From the NCBI GenBank assembly GCA_002402545.1, contig DHGA01000064.1, forward strand, positions 654 to 51,754: 51,101 nt of DNA, read 5' to 3'. The position numbers and the translations under genes were made by a program. This stretch comes from Syntrophaceae bacterium UBA4810. GTDB lineage: Bacteria > Desulfobacterota > Syntrophia > Syntrophales > Smithellaceae. This document shows, in pieces, positions 1 through 8,656 of this stretch (positions are counted from its first letter, which is position 1; each line of letters starts with the position of its first letter). The notes under the pieces are model-generated. The model was not told the DNA's origin and did no database searches. It saw only the letters and a list, made by a program, of their open reading frames with translations.

Positions 1-1225
1 AGCCGCTGGTAATAATCATCCTTTTTTTCAGGCCGGTGAGAAAAATATAGCCATCCTCATCCATCCTGCCAAGATCACCAGTATGCAGCCATCCATCTCT
101 GATAACAGAGTCGGTTGCTTTCTTGTCTTTGTAATAACCCTGCATCACGTTATCGCCTCTGGCTATCAGTTCCCCAACCTGGCCGCGGGGCAATTCTTTA
201 CCTTCTTCATCGACAATTATAATTTCCGTCCCGGAAAGAGCCCTGCCGATGGAGCCGGGTTTTTGCGGCCGATCCAGCATGTTAAACGAGCAGGCCGGTG
301 ATGCTTCCGTCAGGCCATAACCTTCAATAATTTTCGCATGGAATTTTTCTTCAAAAGGCTCGATGAAATCGGGGGGCATCGCGGCTCCGCCGGTGACACA
401 AACTTCAAGTGAACTTATATCGAAATTTGCCGCCCCTTCATGAAAAATCATGCCCAGATAAAGCCGCGGCACGGCGCAAATATACGTTATTTTTTCTTTC
501 TGTATGGCGCCGAAAAGACCGTCCATGGTGAATCTGTCCATCATCACCACGCTGCAGCCGGAGCGCACGACGTTGATCATATTGACTGTAGCGCCGAAAG
601 AATGAAAAAGAGGAATAAGGCAAAGCCCGACATCTTTATAGGTTCTTTTAACATAAGTCTGCGTCAAGTGAGATTGCGAATAAAGATTGCGATGCGTGAG
701 GACAGCGCCTAGCGCCTTGCCGGTAAGACCGGATGTATAAATAATCGCGGCGGGATCATCAGGGCTTATGTCTTCTCCGATTTCATTGAGATCGACGCTG
801 CTTACCGCTTTTTTAAAAACCGCGGCCTGCGCCGGTTCATCAACGATGATTATATTTTTGCAGGTGGCCAGTTTATCCCGAATTTCTTCATAGCGCCTGC
901 GGACGGGTTCGGTTGTCACCAATACTTTCGTATCGCTGTTGTCCAACAGATAATTTAATTCATAAGAAGTGGAAGAAGTATTAAGAGGCACGGCTACCGC
1001 GCCCAGCTTCGCCGCCGCAAAATAGAAATAGAAAAATTCGGGAACATTGGGCAGAACCAAAGCAACCTTGTCGCCTTTGACCACACCCGCCCGCTTCAGC
1101 AAATGCGCCGCGGCATTGACGGCGCCGCCCAGCTCACCGTAATTTATTCTCTGGTTTTCAAAAATAATGACCGGCCGGTCTTTGTACTTTTCTACAGAAT
1201 TATTTAGTAAATCCGATAAGTTAAT
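1..1225 (-). CDS. Long-chain fatty acyl-CoA synthetase (AMP-binding, FadD-like); 3' end runs off the window; absent from the ORF track
   Basis: Manual translation gives an open frame from 1225 to the window edge with IIYTSGLTGKALG, EGYGLTEASP, GELIARGDNVMQGYY and GWLHTGDLGRMDEDGY. The apparent start is ATT at 1225, 8 nt after GGAGGT. Confidence 0.92.
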   Translation of the reverse strand, partial: MNLSDLLNNSVEKYKDRPVIIFENQRINYGELGGAVNAAAHLLKRAGVVKGDKVALVLPNVPEFFYFYFAAAKLGAVAVPLNTSSTSYELNYLLDNSDTKVLVTTEPVRRRYEEIRDKLATCKNIIIVDEPAQAAVFKKAVSSVDLNEIGEDISPDDPAAIIYTSGLTGKALGAVLTHRNLYSQSHLTQTYVKRTYKDVGLCLIPLFHSFGATVNMINVVRSGCSVVMMDRFTMDGLFGAIQKEKITYICAVPRLYLGMIFHEGAANFDISSLEVCVTGGAAMPPDFIEPFEEKFHAKIIEGYGLTEASPACSFNMLDRPQKPGSIGRALSGTEIIIVDEEGKELPRGQVGELIARGDNVMQGYYKDKKATDSVIRDGWLHTGDLGRMDEDGYIFLTGLKKRMIITSG

Positions 1226-1558
1226 ATGCCGCTACCTCCATAAAATATCGTCCTCTTTAGCAGAGATAAGCTTCTTTTTCAACAAGATAATAACTCTTTA
1301 ACAACATCAATGATCGTGTGAAATTTTAATTTTTACCAACATCAAATTTTTGACAAAGACACTTTAGCGGCTTTGAACGATTACGAATAACACTTCTATA
1401 AAGTTACGCTTGCAGTAAAGTTAAAAAAGTTTTTTTCGTTAAATATCCGACAGCAGCCCCACAAACAATGGACATCAGAGTCAATTTCAACCAGGTGTTG
1501 GAAAATTATCACGGCTTCTAATTTTTGTTAACGCTCTCCATGTGGCATAAGAAGATCT

Positions 1559-1948
1559 CTATGGGCAGGCAACAACCATAACTTTATTCACTCCCGCAAC
1601 CATACTTCTCATGTTATTTTCGGATAACGTAGAATGGACAAGAAACATCATGGACGTTTCTCCAAGTTCTTTTACAACCGGCAAACTATTTTCAGGCCGC
1701 ATATCGGGAGTGAAAGCCTTTTCCAAATAAATTTCACTGCAACTACCGGAAAAACAGGGAATACCTTCGTTATTAATCGCAGCAATAACCCGTTCGCCGC
1801 TCCACCCGTTTTTAAGCATTTCCGGTTTTATAAAAACGTAATATTTATAATATGCATGCGAAATGTGATGAGGCGGTACAGTTACACGCAACGACGGAAT
1901 ATTAAGAAACGCTGTGGTTAAAATTTCAGCATTGTGCCGGCGTCTTTT
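1559..1948 (-). pseudogene. C-terminal remnant of a DegT/DnrJ/EryC1/StrS sugar aminotransferase
   Basis: Reads RRHNAEIL...HAYYKYYVF...GIPCFSGSCSEIYLEKAF...LGETSMMFLVH. Only about 130 codons remain; the PLP-binding N-terminal two-thirds is missing and cannot fit before 2039. Confidence 0.8.
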
Positions 1949-2038
1949 AATTGGGTTGAACAGGTTTAAAGACGAATATTTCCGAGAGCATCAGCAAAAC
2001 TATAATAAAAATATTTTAATTTCCTCTAAAAAATAGTG

Positions 2039-2602
2039 TTAATGCGCGACGCCTTCTTTTTTGGCAACTTTGAAGACGGTACGCCAGAGAATGGCTATAT
2101 CCAGCCAAAATGATTGGTTTTGCATATAGTATTCATCAAGAGCGACTTTTTCGGGAATGGAAATTTCGTCCCGGCCGTTTATCTGCGCCCAGCCGGTAAT
2201 ACCGGGGATAAGTTTATGAATTTTTTTCTCGGTTCTAAGCTTAATAAGATCATCCTGATTATATAGGGCAGGGCGCGGTCCTACCAGGCTCATATCCCCT
2301 TTTAAAACGCTCCACAGCTGCGGCAGTTCGTCAAGGCTGATTTTACGCAGTAACTTTCCTATTGGCGTCAAATAAAGATCAGGCTCAACCAGCAAATGAG
2401 TAGCTACATCCGGTGTATCTATGAGCATTGTACGAAATTTCGGCATTCTGAAAATTACGTTATCTCTGCCTATTCTATCAGACCAGTAAATAACAGGGCC
2501 CTTGGATGTCAACTTTACAAGTAGGGATAGAAATAATATAGGCAAAGCAATAAAACAAAGCGCAACAAAAGAAATCACAATATCAAATAATCTTTTTAAC
2601 AT
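2039..2602 (-). CDS. Monotopic phosphoglycosyltransferase (initiating sugar transferase, PglC/WbfU-like)
   Basis: Motifs [34 protein letters not shown] and [12 protein letters not shown]. Confidence 0.93.
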   Translation of the reverse strand: MLKRLFDIVISFVALCFIALPILFLSLLVKLTSKGPVIYWSDRIGRDNVIFRMPKFRTMLIDTPDVATHLLVEPDLYLTPIGKLLRKISLDELPQLWSVLKGDMSLVGPRPALYNQDDLIKLRTEKKIHKLIPGITGWAQINGRDEISIPEKVALDEYYMQNQSFWLDIAILWRTVFKVAKKEGVAH

Positions 2603-3597
2603 TGCGATATTCCTGACCGCCTCATTTCCTTAATTGAATCTCTCCAGCCCGCCGACAAATTATATTGAGGCACAAAACCAAGCTCTCTCTGAATTTGTCG
2701 ACTATCCACAGCAACATCCTCTGTAAATTTGTCAATCAGGGCACGAGATATTTGTGGTTGTCGACCAAGAAACTTAGCCACATCTTCAAAAATACCGGCC
2801 GCAAATCGCACTGGTCCGACCGGCAAATAAAAGCATGGCGGTTTCCTGCCCAGAGCTTGACACATGATTGAAATGATATCGTTCATTGTATGAAATTCAC
2901 CATCAGATACATTGAAGACTTTTCCTGCGGCAAAAGGATGTTCTAACGCCAATATGGCGGCTCGCGCGACATCTTTATCATAAACCAAAGTCCGCCGATT
3001 AAGCCCACTTCCTACAGGAATAAAGCGATGACGAGCCAAGTAATAAAGTAGCCGCTCATAATTTCCCTTGATACGTGAGCCATAAACAGCACCCAACCGC
3101 AGCACTGTTCCCAGTGGTTGACCATCGACGCCCCTTGCATTTAGAATAATTTGTTCTGCTGTAAGTTTAGTCTGTGCATAAAAAGTTTCCGGTTTAGTTG
3201 CCGACATCTCATCAAGTACCTGACCGCCCGAGGCGCCGTATACAGCAATTGTGCTGAATAGAATAATACGCTTAACACCAGCGTTAATTGCTGCTTCAAC
3301 TACCGTCCGTGTACCACCAATATTTACAAGCTCGTATCTTTCACGTAATTCAGGCGGCGGATTGACAATATGCAGAAGAGCCGCCATATGAACGACAACA
3401 TCGACGCCTTGCATTGCTGATTGCACCGCCGCTTTATCAGTGACATCGCCGATCAAAACTTCAACGTTTTGCGGGAACATACCAGATGCAGGAGTATCAA
3501 TCGAGAAGGAGCGAATCTGATATCCTGCCTGGTGCAGTGCGTGAATGATACACGGACCAACTGCGCCCGACCCGCCGGTTACGAGTATATTCATCAA
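2596..3597 (-). CDS. NAD-dependent epimerase/dehydratase (extended SDR), possible UDP-4-keto-6-deoxy-HexNAc 4-reductase
   Basis: ILVTGGSGAVG Rossmann motif, VVHMAA, and YAQTK (YxxxK). Overlaps the PGT gene start. Confidence 0.85.
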   Translation of the reverse strand: MMNILVTGGSGAVGPCIIHALHQAGYQIRSFSIDTPASGMFPQNVEVLIGDVTDKAAVQSAMQGVDVVVHMAALLHIVNPPPELRERYELVNIGGTRTVVEAAINAGVKRIILFSTIAVYGASGGQVLDEMSATKPETFYAQTKLTAEQIILNARGVDGQPLGTVLRLGAVYGSRIKGNYERLLYYLARHRFIPVGSGLNRRTLVYDKDVARAAILALEHPFAAGKVFNVSDGEFHTMNDIISIMCQALGRKPPCFYLPVGPVRFAAGIFEDVAKFLGRQPQISRALIDKFTEDVAVDSRQIQRELGFVPQYNLSAGWRDSIKEMRRSGISQC

Positions 3598-3611
3598 TTA
3601 ATAGTACACCC

Positions 3612-4454
3612 TCATATTTTTATTGCCCTTGTTTTGGTCCAATCGATTTGCCTGCTTGCTGCTTCAACGCTCACAAATTCAAAATCATTCAAGAGCCTTT
3701 GAAATTTAGCAAACGAAGTTGAGAGCCCCACATACGATTTAAACGTCCGCGTAAGGGTGAGCGTATCTATCCGTGGTTGTTCAGGATCAAAATCGCGTGG
3801 GTGAAAATAGGTCATCAGATATGGAGCCCTCAAAGCCCAATACTTAATCATCCAATAGGGGTAAAAACGAAAAAAACCGCCGCCCGAGAAGACTATGTTT
3901 TTACCAAAAACGTGTTGGATATTTATCGGAAATTCTTTAAGCTGAGAACCATTTGCCAAATTGAAAACAACAGGTTCTGCGTTACCGAAACGTGTAAAAC
4001 CGCCGTAATCATGTGTGGCAGGAAAAAGCGAACAATCATATTCAAAACCTAATTCCGCCAACACTTCCAGTGCCCATACATTGCGGTCGGTTATTGAAAA
4101 ACCGGGTGCACGAAAAGCATTAATCGAAGAACCAATCAGATTTTCTATGATGTTTTTCGATTTTTCGGTATCTTGTCTGAAGCCATTCCGATCGAATCGG
4201 AAAGACAACTCATGTTGGTAAGAATGACAACCAACATGATGCCCCTGGGCATGAATCCATCGTATTACATCCGGATGTTTTTCAGCTATCCACCCAAGGC
4301 AAAAAAAAGTTGCATGCAAATCCCTACTTGATAGTTCTTGAAGAATCCGTTCTACGCCTTTGTATATACGCACCTCGTATTTATCCCAATTAAAATCAGG
4401 AGTAATAAAATCACAATTGTACCAATCCTCTATATCAAATGTCAGAATGTTCAT
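3612..4454 (-). CDS. Polysaccharide deacetylase (CE4 plus DUF3473-like C-terminus)
   Basis: Motifs LTFDIEDW, ATFFCLGW, GCHSYQH, FRAPGFS, GGGFFR and YFHPRDFDP. Confidence 0.9.
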   Translation of the reverse strand: MNILTFDIEDWYNCDFITPDFNWDKYEVRIYKGVERILQELSSRDLHATFFCLGWIAEKHPDVIRWIHAQGHHVGCHSYQHELSFRFDRNGFRQDTEKSKNIIENLIGSSINAFRAPGFSITDRNVWALEVLAELGFEYDCSLFPATHDYGGFTRFGNAEPVVFNLANGSQLKEFPINIQHVFGKNIVFSGGGFFRFYPYWMIKYWALRAPYLMTYFHPRDFDPEQPRIDTLTLTRTFKSYVGLSTSFAKFQRLLNDFEFVSVEAASRQIDWTKTRAIKI

Positions 4455-4468
4455 CTTTGAGTATTTAG

Positions 4469-5560
4469 TTATAAGTTGTCAGAGTCAAGCCAGGTTAAAT
4501 TCCAGTTTGTTTCATTCTTGATGTTTTCAAAAACAATTTTTGAATCGAGTTGTTTCAAAATTAATGTAAATTTAATGTTTGTTTTTATCATGCCGTACTT
4601 AATCAAACCATATTGCTTAGCCCATTTTTTGCAGAACATTCCAATTATGGCTTCAGCTTTATTTTCTTTGGCTAGCTTTTCGACTTCGATGAATAAATAC
4701 TTAGTATCTGAAAAATGTGGTTCTAAAATCATTAAGTCCATAATTCCAATGCTAGGCACCCCTTTAACATCAGAAAAAGCTAGTATTGCCATCGCAATTA
4801 TATTCCCGCTTTTGCGGATGCAAGCTATGCGATATTCTTTCGCTGGCGCTCCCAATCGCCATTTTAAAAATGATTTGCTTTTGATCAGATAATGCGGCTG
4901 TTGAGAGGCCCATTTTTGAAAAAAATCTTCATAGCCAGATATATTATCAATTTCATCAGCCTTATATGTTTCAGATTCAAAATCTTTGCTTCGACATAAG
5001 AACTTGTATAGAGAAAATACTTTTATAAAAGGGTTTATTACTGGGGACAAAAAACAAAGCTTCAGTTTGGCAAATATTGCGTTTACCTTTAAAACTTTCA
5101 TATAAAGAGGCATTTGAAAAGTCGTTATCCACCCGACCTTTAAGTGCCCCGGTATTACCTCAGGACGAATAGGATAACCAGATGTAAATTGTAAACCTTG
5201 CTTTCTTAAATTGTCCGTCGCGTATCTGCCAATGGCTGTAAAAACACCCTTGCCCCTCATTGAAGAATGGGTCATAACATCACAAACCATAGCGCAAATC
5301 ATTTCTTTACCATTTATTATATAGCGATAAGGTAAGGCAGCGTAATAACCAATCATCTTATTGTCATAATAGGCAGAATATTCATAAGAATGTGGTAAAT
5401 CCGGAAAAGAATGAAACTTCCAGAAGTAATGACTATCATTAGCGGCTTCTGTCCCGATTCTTTCCGGAAAAGCGTCTTTAAAAAGCTTACGCTGTTCAAT
5501 GAGCGAATCTCTTTTATTATCGAACGTGTCACACCTGATATCATTCATAGATATAGCCAC
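4469..5560 (-). CDS. GNAT-family N-acyltransferase (two-domain)
   Basis: GNAT motif A (DVMTHSSMRGKGVF), followed by GYP..., and a later FLKWR motif. Confidence 0.75.
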   Translation of the reverse strand: MAISMNDIRCDTFDNKRDSLIEQRKLFKDAFPERIGTEAANDSHYFWKFHSFPDLPHSYEYSAYYDNKMIGYYAALPYRYIINGKEMICAMVCDVMTHSSMRGKGVFTAIGRYATDNLRKQGLQFTSGYPIRPEVIPGHLKVGWITTFQMPLYMKVLKVNAIFAKLKLCFLSPVINPFIKVFSLYKFLCRSKDFESETYKADEIDNISGYEDFFQKWASQQPHYLIKSKSFLKWRLGAPAKEYRIACIRKSGNIIAMAILAFSDVKGVPSIGIMDLMILEPHFSDTKYLFIEVEKLAKENKAEAIIGMFCKKWAKQYGLIKYGMIKTNIKFTLILKQLDSKIVFENIKNETNWNLTWLDSDNL

Positions 5561-5572
5561 TTTTCATATTAA

Positions 5573-6313
5573 TTATGCAGAAATGATGCCGCCATTTAAA
5601 TCAATAACAGAACCTGTAAGATAGTCAGAATCAATAATGAAATTGACTGCGGCAGCAATATTTGATGGCGCACCTAATCGCCTTAATGGAATTCCCGGGA
5701 TCACATGATTTTTAAGATAATCTTCGGGCACAGAGTTAATAATGCCAATTTCAAAATAACCAAGAGCTATTGTATTAGCAGTAATACCTTTTGACGCATT
5801 TTCGACAGCTATTACTTTAGCCATTGAATTGAGACCGGCTTTTGTTGCAGAATAACCAAGCGTGCCAGCAACAGCAATGCGGCTTAAAACTGAAGATATA
5901 AAAATAAGCCTCCCGTATTCCAATTTTCTCATCCAGGGTAAAATTGCCCTGCTGACATACATAGCGCCTGTTAGGTTTACAGCGATTGTGTCGTCCCAAT
6001 CTTCATTCTCTATTTTAGCAGTTAGATTGTTTGGCGAGATTCCGGCGGCATATATCAGAACTGGCATGGATAATGATGAGCCTATACCATTAATAAAGTT
6101 TGTAACATCTTCTGGTTGCGTAACATCGACTTTACAATACTTGGCGCCCCCTGCTAAATCTGAAGGGGTGCCAGAAAAGTAGGTTCCAATAATACGATTT
6201 TTTTGTGATAAAGATCGGACGAGATACTGACCAATGCCCCCTGACGCACCGACGATTATAATATCCAAAGGATGGTTTTTATTTTTTTCAGTTTTTGCAA
6301 TGATCGAACTCAT
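5573..6313 (-). CDS. Classical SDR, FabG/PhaB-like 3-oxoacyl reductase
   Basis: Motifs GASGGIG, YAAGIS, VNLTG, YSATK, ASKGITANTIALGY and YLTGSVIDLNGG. Confidence 0.88.
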   Translation of the reverse strand: MSSIIAKTEKNKNHPLDIIIVGASGGIGQYLVRSLSQKNRIIGTYFSGTPSDLAGGAKYCKVDVTQPEDVTNFINGIGSSLSMPVLIYAAGISPNNLTAKIENEDWDDTIAVNLTGAMYVSRAILPWMRKLEYGRLIFISSVLSRIAVAGTLGYSATKAGLNSMAKVIAVENASKGITANTIALGYFEIGIINSVPEDYLKNHVIPGIPLRRLGAPSNIAAAVNFIIDSDYLTGSVIDLNGGIISA

Positions 6314-6336
6314 ATTTTTCTCCTCTTAATCATGAA

Positions 6337-6475
6337 CCTCGCCCCTCTCTCCGCCTCCTGCAAAATACCAATAATCTGCTCCTCCGTAAATCGCCTTTTC
6401 ATCTGTGCCTCCTTTCAAGTGCTTTTTATTCTACACTCTAATTAACTCTGGCACAACTTTCGGGGAGTATTCCCA
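6337..6475 (-). mobile_element. IS3-family (IS407-like) left-end remnant: terminal repeat, RBS and first ~20 codons of OrfA
   Basis: Minus strand reads TGGGAATACTCCCCGAAAGTTGTGCCA... AAGGAGG, then ATG at 6402 giving MKRRFTEEQIIGILQEAERG, the typical OrfA N-terminus. The rest of the element is absent. Confidence 0.8.
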
Positions 6476-6949
6476 GAATAACCCAAACAGATGCGACACC
6501 AATTGCTCGCATTTCCGATTTTGTTGTTCTACAATCTGCCCTTTATCGTCAACATTGATGCCTTCTTTGACTACTCTGGCGGGATTTCTAACTACAATAC
6601 AATGTCTTTCAACATCTTTTGTAACAACTGCCCCGCTACCCACAACAACATGATTGCCTATTTTCACACCCGGCATTATGATTGCATTTATTCCGCTAAC
6701 ACAATGGTTCGCAATATAGTTATCCATATTTAAACCACGACAATGATCGTGCGCCAATACAACAGCATTTGCAAAAATCCAAGAATATTCCTCAATATTA
6801 ACTCCTCTGGGATTATTACTTTTATCCAATTTTGTGCTTTATGGGAAATAACAGCCTATGGCGCAATCTCCATTCCGTATACTTTTCTTAAATATAAATG
6901 ATATAATCTTAAAATAAGTCTCTACATTCTCACCCTTATTTTGTAACAT
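6476..6949 (-). pseudogene. Decayed hexapeptide-repeat (LbH) acyltransferase
   Basis: LYLRKVYGMEIAP*AVISHKA has an in-frame TAG at 6856-6858. A frameshift then leads into LDKSNNPRGV...IMPGVKIGNHVVVGSGAVVTKDV...VVRNPARV. The 3' end reads through into the IS3 remnant. Confidence 0.8.
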
Positions 6950-6954
6950 ATATT

Positions 6955-8325
6955 TTAAACCACTTCCGGCACTGAACTACGGGTTTTGAATTTTCTAATA
7001 ATTATGAAATTAATGACCGCGCTGCCAACAAAACAAGTTATTGAATAAGATACCATCGCGATTATGGCTCCGAATAAACCTTTTGTCGGAATAAAGATGG
7101 CGCACATCAGTACCAAAATAAACAAAGACACACATCGTATTGCCATATCCGTTTTCAACAGCCGTGAAATAATCATTATATTTCTTAAGAAGATACACAT
7201 GTATTCAAAAAAAGCAAATATCATCACCCATATTAATATGTCACTATACCCTACATACTCGGCTGTATATATAATGGCAACCAATTGCTTTCCGAATAAA
7301 GCTACTAATAAGAGGCTGGCTAAACCTGTTGTAACTACAATAATTAGCTGTTTAATATAGAGATTATAGAATTCCTTCTTTTTCAATGTATTAAAATATT
7401 TTGCTAATCTGGGCATAAATGCTTGCATCAGCGACATAACAAAACGGATTCCAATAGCAGCTAAATATACCATGGCAGTAAATATGCCCAAATCCCTTAA
7501 ATTCAGGAACCGCTCTACAAAGTATCTTGGAATATTAGCATTCAGTGATGCGATTAGAAGTGCAAAGCCAAGTGGTAGTGACAATAGAAATAATTTTTTT
7601 AATATTGCGGGTTCCATATACGATTTAGTGATTATTTTTTTTGTTTCGCTGTAATTGTGACAACTCTTACCGTCTGGATATTCTGTTCGGGATAGAATTC
7701 TGTCTGCTATTTTTTTATCATAAAGTAGCATTACTAAGCCCCATGAAAATGCCAACGAAAGTGTCGCGAACACTATTGATCTGTAAAAATACATTATTAA
7801 GATAACCATTAGTAATGACAGAAAACCTTTCACGATAAGCGATATGGCAATATAATTCATTTTTTCATTTTTTTGGAATAAACCATAATAAGTCATGCTT
7901 ATATTCTCCATCAGTTTAAATAATCCTAAAAATATTATTACTGACAGATTGTTGCCATAATTATAAAAACCCAATGTAATGCCTATTATAATTATTAATC
8001 CTGTTGTTGCGGTTATAGTAGAAAGATTAATATAACTACTGAACAAAAAATCATCTCTTGTATCGGTAGCTTGCACCGTTCGAAGATCCAGAAGAGCGAA
8101 ATTCATAATAGGCGCGCAAACAGCGATACCTAAAGCAAAAGCACCAACCATTTCTGGCGTTCCCATTTTTACTATAACGACTAATATTCCCCATTGGCAA
8201 AATCCATCAATAAAATTGCCGATCAAAGCCCAAGAGAAATTAGCCTTTAGACTTAGTTTTTGAATCAAGTGAATTACCGAACTTTCTTGTAAAGTAGCTC
8301 TGCGCAATTGGAGATAATTTTCAAT
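6955..8325 (-). CDS. wzx: Wzx-type oligosaccharide flippase (MOP superfamily)
   Basis: About 12 hydrophobic segments, with NFSWALIGN and LSLPLG...NANIPRYFV motifs. The start is uncertain: TTG at 8307, or ATT at 8325 just after AGGAG. Confidence 0.85.
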   Translation of the reverse strand: MENYLQLRRATLQESSVIHLIQKLSLKANFSWALIGNFIDGFCQWGILVVIVKMGTPEMVGAFALGIAVCAPIMNFALLDLRTVQATDTRDDFLFSSYINLSTITATTGLIIIIGITLGFYNYGNNLSVIIFLGLFKLMENISMTYYGLFQKNEKMNYIAISLIVKGFLSLLMVILIMYFYRSIVFATLSLAFSWGLVMLLYDKKIADRILSRTEYPDGKSCHNYSETKKIITKSYMEPAILKKLFLLSLPLGFALLIASLNANIPRYFVERFLNLRDLGIFTAMVYLAAIGIRFVMSLMQAFMPRLAKYFNTLKKKEFYNLYIKQLIIVVTTGLASLLLVALFGKQLVAIIYTAEYVGYSDILIWVMIFAFFEYMCIFLRNIMIISRLLKTDMAIRCVSLFILVLMCAIFIPTKGLFGAIIAMVSYSITCFVGSAVINFIIIRKFKTRSSVPEVV

Positions 8326-8347
8326 TTTATTCTCCTAACAATTTGAC

Positions 8348-8398
8348 GTGACTTTTGTACAACCCTATCAAGACAACACCTTTGTCATGCTTGCGAAG
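8348..8398. repeat. Degenerate, truncated copy of the TIR-bounded palindromic element
   Basis: GTGACTTTTGTACAACCCTATCAAGACAACACCTTTGTCATGC aligns with GAGACATTTGCAGAACCTTATAAATCCAGCACCTTTGTCATAC at 10677. Confidence 0.6.
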
Positions 8399-8608
8399 AT
8401 TCTATATCTTAAAGGGTAAGGTTTTTCTTATGAGTTAAAAATAGATAAATCAATTAAATTATTAATATGATTGAAAGCTAAAATGGTCTCTTCTTATATA
8501 CAAATAACACCGCTTAACTTCAAAATCGGCGTTGTGAATATAAAAATGGTCGGGAAATAATCAAAATATCATCACTGAATAATTATCATGGTTTTCAAAA
8601 CTCTTCTT

Positions 8609-8637
8609 TTATACAGCTCCGCCCTCTGGATTACATA
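8609..8637. repeat. 29-bp intergenic element, copy 1 (possibly regulatory)
   Basis: TTATACAGCTCCGCCCTCTGGATTACATA is 26/29 identical to 31122-31150. Confidence 0.75.
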
Positions 8638-8656
8638 GGTGTAAAAGGATAAACCT

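Noticed and set aside
83-712. Short ORFs at 83-301, 438-623 and 440-712
   Set aside because: They are antisense or off-frame shadows of the acyl-CoA synthetase. The same applies to the many 60-160 aa ORFs overlapping well-supported genes across the window.
1445-1500. GCCCCACAAACAATGGACA resembling an IS3-type terminal repeat
   Set aside because: The match is too short and degenerate, has no terminal TG/CA and no convincing transposase frame.
6856-6858. In-frame TAG in the acyltransferase as possible pyrrolysine or readthrough site
   Set aside because: The gene also has frameshifts and degraded motifs (GNPA>RNPA), so ordinary pseudogenisation explains it.
8609-8637. Calling the 29-bp repeat a true ops/JUMPstart site
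   Set aside because: GGCGGAGCTG does not match the GGCGGTAG core, and the second copy reads AGCGGAG. It is kept only as an unexplained conserved element.
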